From a virus (taxonomy: Duplodnaviria > Caudoviricetes), in IMG/VR virus record IMGVR_UViG_3300011415_000012, positions 1 through 38,623 of that record: a stretch of DNA of 38,623 nt, one strand, 5' to 3'. The position numbers and the translations under genes are program-made. Below the pieces are notes generated by a model. It was not told where the DNA came from. It searched no databases and was given only the letters and a program-made list of their open reading frames with translations. Each line of letters opens with the position of its first letter. The first letter of the stretch is position 1. Positions 35,505-38,623 of the stretch are shown here, in pieces.

Positions 35505-36698
35505 TTAGCTACCCATCACACGAGTTGCGTACTGTTCAAAGCACTTAACTGCGGGCAATACGTCGAAACGGATGACGTTTTTGTCATTTCCGATCTGGTA
35601 TTGACGGGTCATACGGATGTTGATTTTCGCTTTGGGGTCCATCATGTTACGCTGATAAGCACCATCGGCGCCTTCTGGCAACTTGATTGTGACAAGCGCA
35701 AACGCTTCTTGGTGATAAGCCAAGTTGATATTGTGAATGTCTTGGAAAGTAACGAGAGCATTATCCGCCGGAGCGTTTGTCACGTTACGATATGGACCGG
35801 TCAAGGTGATACCTTGGTCGTTGATGTTGATAGTCAATGTAACTCCACCACCAGCCACCGTAGCATCCGCCATCACAACGAATTGAGCTAACTGCCCTGT
35901 ATCTTCGCGTGAGGTTGGGTTTAAGCTATTAACGCCAGCGATAGTGAACACACGACCCGTTTTAATGGTGTCGCCGTTGTTCATACCATCCAACACTAAA
36001 CTGGTACCTGATTGGTTAGCACCGAAAATAGCGGGAGCGCCTAAAGAAGCTGTCACTGTACCAACAGCGGGACGAGTCACGTTTTGGACTGAATAACAGT
36101 CAAAACTAGCCAAGTTACCCATTGAACCTTGAAGGATAATTTCTTTGTTGAAATTTTCGTTAAAGGTGTTGTACAGAGCATTTTGCAGAGCAGCCGCGTC
36201 GAATGACTTCAACAGCATAAAGCGGTTCTTATCTTGCGGAATACCGAAAGAGTTTAAGAGCGCGTTAGCTTGGTTTGCTACAGCAAAAGAGTTTGGAGGC
36301 GTACCAGCGGTACCAACGAAGTTTGAAACTCTGATTGCGGAAGCATATAACAGAGAGTCAATTTTATTCGCAAGCGTTACCATTGCAGGATTTAAGATTT
36401 CACGGTTGAAATCGTCTAATTGCAATGCTAATTCGCGGGAGGTGACTTCAACGTCCACACCCTGCATATCACCAACGGTGATCTGAGTGTATTGTTCGTT
36501 GATAGGCTGAACAGAAATGTTATCACCGGTACGAGCTTCGTAACGGGTAGGCTTTCTGATTCGGATTGTTCCACCGGTTGTTGGGTCGAACTTGTCTTGG
36601 TAGGTTCTACGTGCGGTCTTTGCGAACACGAGGTTGTTGGTAAATTCCATCAACGCGGTTCGTAAGATAATATCATTCGTTAATAAATTATTAGCCAT
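35505..36698 (-). CDS. Major capsid protein, P22 coat (gp5)-like
   Basis: MANNLLT...G.TIRIRKP.RY, ILNPAM..LAN.ID, NLAYH.EAFALVT..L, IRFDVL motifs. Confidence 0.93.
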   Translation of the reverse strand: MANNLLTNDIILRTALMEFTNNLVFAKTARRTYQDKFDPTTGGTIRIRKPTRYEARTGDNISVQPINEQYTQITVGDMQGVDVEVTSRELALQLDDFNREILNPAMVTLANKIDSLLYASAIRVSNFVGTAGTPPNSFAVANQANALLNSFGIPQDKNRFMLLKSFDAAALQNALYNTFNENFNKEIILQGSMGNLASFDCYSVQNVTRPAVGTVTASLGAPAIFGANQSGTSLVLDGMNNGDTIKTGRVFTIAGVNSLNPTSREDTGQLAQFVVMADATVAGGGVTLTININDQGITLTGPYRNVTNAPADNALVTFQDIHNINLAYHQEAFALVTIKLPEGADGAYQRNMMDPKAKINIRMTRQYQIGNDKNVIRFDVLPAVKCFEQYATRVMGS

Positions 36699-36789
36699 TG
36701 TATTGACTCCATGTCAGTTAAAAATTGGATGCAAATAGTCAGTTTGGTCGAAACCAAACATCTCTTTTACTTCCGACAATTAACCGGAG

Positions 36790-36915
36790 TCGTATACCGT
36801 GACAGGGCTTCTTTCGATTAGCGCGGACCCATTCAGCGCATAAGTTTTTAACCGTCAAACTTATCTAAACGTAACAGGGCTTCCCAAAGGATTAACGCGG
36901 ACCCATTCAGCGTTT
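36790..36915 (-). ncRNA. Tandem duplicated structured RNA motif between scaffold and coat genes
   Basis: Two 41-43-nt copies (36798-36838, 36870-36912) whose differences preserve base pairing. Confidence 0.55.
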
Positions 36916-36925
36916 GAAACACATA

Positions 36926-37837
36926 TTAACCGTATGTATCTTTATACCAGTTAGAGAACTCATCCATTCCCATTTTTCCTGGGTCTGAATTTGTTGCCGA
37001 ACCTTTATTCCCACCCAGAGGCGAAATAATTTTCGGCGCCTTCGTGATATTCGATTTCTTTCTAGCTGAGAAACGAGCCTCGATTTTCGTGATCTCTTTT
37101 ACAGCCAGTACGGGATTTAAAGAAGCTATTCTTTCGGCCTCTTTAACATGTGTCCCTAAAAAGTATAATATATCGGAACGATACTCGCTTGCAACTATAG
37201 CTTCGCCCATAGCGCGGTTTGGCGGCATTGTTTCGCCATGAAGAACAAAATCAACACGCTCTTCAAAATCCTTGTATTTCTCTTTTCCTTCTTCAACCGA
37301 TTTAGTCAAACCGGAATGATATTCCTGTTCAGCTTTTTGAATAGCTGCGTTTCTTTGGTGAAATACCGCAGCTTGGTGACGAACATTGTCACGAAAATCA
37401 GCAACAGCAAAGAAATATTCTTCCTCAGAATTAAATTGATCGCGACGAGGTATATTAGGGTCTAAATTAGACTGTTGTGGTGGCTGTTGTTGGCCGTTTG
37501 GTTGCTGTGCTGCACGAAGGCGATCATTTTCTTGCTTAAGTGCTAAAGCTTGCTCTGCTTGTCTATCAGCAGCCGCTTTTTCTCTTTCTAATTTCTTTTT
37601 CATCCATTCCGGCATTTCCTTTTTCTTTTTTACTTCCTCATCGGAAATATCCGGCTCTGGTAAATCTAATTCGTCGTCGTTTTCTGACTTTTCCTTGGGA
37701 GTTTCCTCACCAGGGGTTTCGTCTTGCGGTTCCTCAGCGGGTATTTCTTGATTTAGCTCTGAATTATCCTGTATATTTTCTGAATTTTGTGAATTTTCTT
37801 GATCATTCCCTGAACCATTTTCGACATTCTCTGACAT
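36926..37837 (-). CDS. Capsid scaffolding protein
   Basis: Acidic disordered N-terminus, coiled coil, KYKDFEE.V and ILYFLG.H..EAERIASL.P...KEI.KIE; lies between portal and coat. Confidence 0.85.
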   Translation of the reverse strand: MSENVENGSGNDQENSQNSENIQDNSELNQEIPAEEPQDETPGEETPKEKSENDDELDLPEPDISDEEVKKKKEMPEWMKKKLEREKAAADRQAEQALALKQENDRLRAAQQPNGQQQPPQQSNLDPNIPRRDQFNSEEEYFFAVADFRDNVRHQAAVFHQRNAAIQKAEQEYHSGLTKSVEEGKEKYKDFEERVDFVLHGETMPPNRAMGEAIVASEYRSDILYFLGTHVKEAERIASLNPVLAVKEITKIEARFSARKKSNITKAPKIISPLGGNKGSATNSDPGKMGMDEFSNWYKDTYG

Positions 37838-37878
37838 TTTAACCCCTTTTCCGTAAGAGATATTTAATTAATTCAAAC

Positions 37879-37908
37879 ATTATACTCATTTTTTATAAAA
37901 ATACACAA
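37879..37908 (-). promoter_or_regulatory. Candidate promoter for scaffold/coat operon
   Basis: Consensus TATAAT at 37884->37879; only a weak -35 (TTGTGT). Confidence 0.4.
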
Positions 37909-37923
37909 AAATGCCAAATAATT

Positions 37924-37948
37924 AAAAAAAACCCCACCGAAGTGGGGG
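37924..37948 (-). terminator. Rho-independent terminator after portal
   Basis: CCCCAC-TTCG-GTGGGG followed by 8 T. Confidence 0.88.
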
Positions 37949-37963
37949 CATGTTTTGACTTAA

Positions 37964-38623
37964 CTACGAGGAAGGACGAGTATTATTGTGGGAATCTCTC
38001 AATGCTGTTGCGTGATTAAGTATAGCAATATCCTTATCAACATTCGAGCGATGAACTTCTGCACTTGCTTTAGCTAAAGTTGCCGTATTTTGCGCTCCGG
38101 CTTTCTGAGCATCAATCATGACCTTTTGCTCATTAATTCCAAGCTGACGATTCTTAGCTTGAGCATCAGCCGCATTTTTCTGAGCGGTGAGCATCAACCC
38201 TTGTTTTTGAATTTCAATCATTGGGTCTGGTGGTGGTGGCGGAGGCGGAGGAGGTGGTGGTAATCCGTCCTCTTTCGCAATGATTGCTTGTGGCACCAAT
38301 GTACGTAAACGCTCAACCAGACGAGGTGTATTTTCAAGGCCAGAAACCTCAGCAATGAGATCAGGAATGAGAGTAGATATTTGTGGGTTGACTTGGCAAA
38401 GTCTAATGAGAATATCCATTGCTTCCGCCATTTGAGCATCAAAGGAACCGTCAACACGGACTTCAATATCATATTTACCGACGGTTAAATCATTTTCCAT
38501 ATTTGCATCGACGCCACCATCAGGCAGCATTTTAAAGCCTTTTTGCTGGTTCACATCGACTGCTTTTGATTTACCATCACGACCAAGAACCATCACGGTT
38601 CGTTCCGTATCGTAAATAAATGG
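37964..38623 (-). CDS. Portal protein, C-terminal part (continuation of 1611->1)
   Basis: NDLTVGKYDIEV.V..SF...EA...L motif of P22-type portals; poly-Pro linker and helical barrel. Confidence 0.9.
   Translation of the reverse strand, partial: PFIYDTERTVMVLGRDGKSKAVDVNQQKGFKMLPDGGVDANMENDLTVGKYDIEVRVDGSFDAQMAEAMDILIRLCQVNPQISTLIPDLIAEVSGLENTPRLVERLRTLVPQAIIAKEDGLPPPPPPPPPPPDPMIEIQKQGLMLTAQKNAADAQAKNRQLGINEQKVMIDAQKAGAQNTATLAKASAEVHRSNVDKDIAILNHATALRDSHNNTRPSS
38501..38623. repeat. Terminal direct repeat, right copy
   Basis: Identical to 1-123. Confidence 0.97.

Noticed and set aside
36798-36912. Mini-CRISPR array (repeat, 31-nt spacer, repeat)
   Set aside because: Only two copies that differ internally in length and sequence; TTGAAAC follows only one copy; no cas genes
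36798-36912. Known ribozyme or riboswitch (twister GGGUCC..AAGCCC, c-di-AMP, ykkC) in the coat leader
   Set aside because: Only short word matches; the required helices are not found by eye
38225-38262. GGT/GGA microsatellite as a phase-variation tract
   Set aside because: Mixed codons encoding a poly-Pro linker in the portal, not a perfect slippage repeat
37964-38596. Independent 210-aa gene or truncated portal pseudogene
   Set aside because: It is the in-frame C-terminus of the portal that starts at 1611

Overview
The window is a complete, circularly permuted ~38,500-bp genome: bases 1-123 equal bases 38501-38623, and the portal gene runs in frame across the join. It looks like a temperate P22-like short-tailed phage kept as a plasmid. 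The minus strand carries a full virion module: terS, terL, portal, scaffold, P22-type coat, gp4- and gp10-like tail proteins, three ejection proteins and two different fibre genes. It also carries a holin, a T4-type lysozyme, RusA and a lambda-P-like protein. The centre holds a plasmid module (IncFII-RepA-like initiator, a downstream ori with DnaA boxes, ParA plus a small DNA-binding partner), followed by a YqaJ/Bet recombination operon. I recognise no integrase, CI repressor, lambda-O initiator, Q antiterminator or DNA polymerase. The notable non-coding signals are: (i) a GCACWTGC operator array shared by the parA promoter and two other early promoters; (ii) a ~280-nt ornate, pseudoknotted RNA followed by a CCA-ended tRNA-like minihelix upstream of the holin; (iii) a tandem pair of structured RNA motifs in the coat-gene leader; (iv) a 62-bp inverted repeat flanking a 12-kb segment. 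All family calls are by-eye motif recognition; no searches were run. A Gammaproteobacterial, possibly Legionellales-type, host is inference only.
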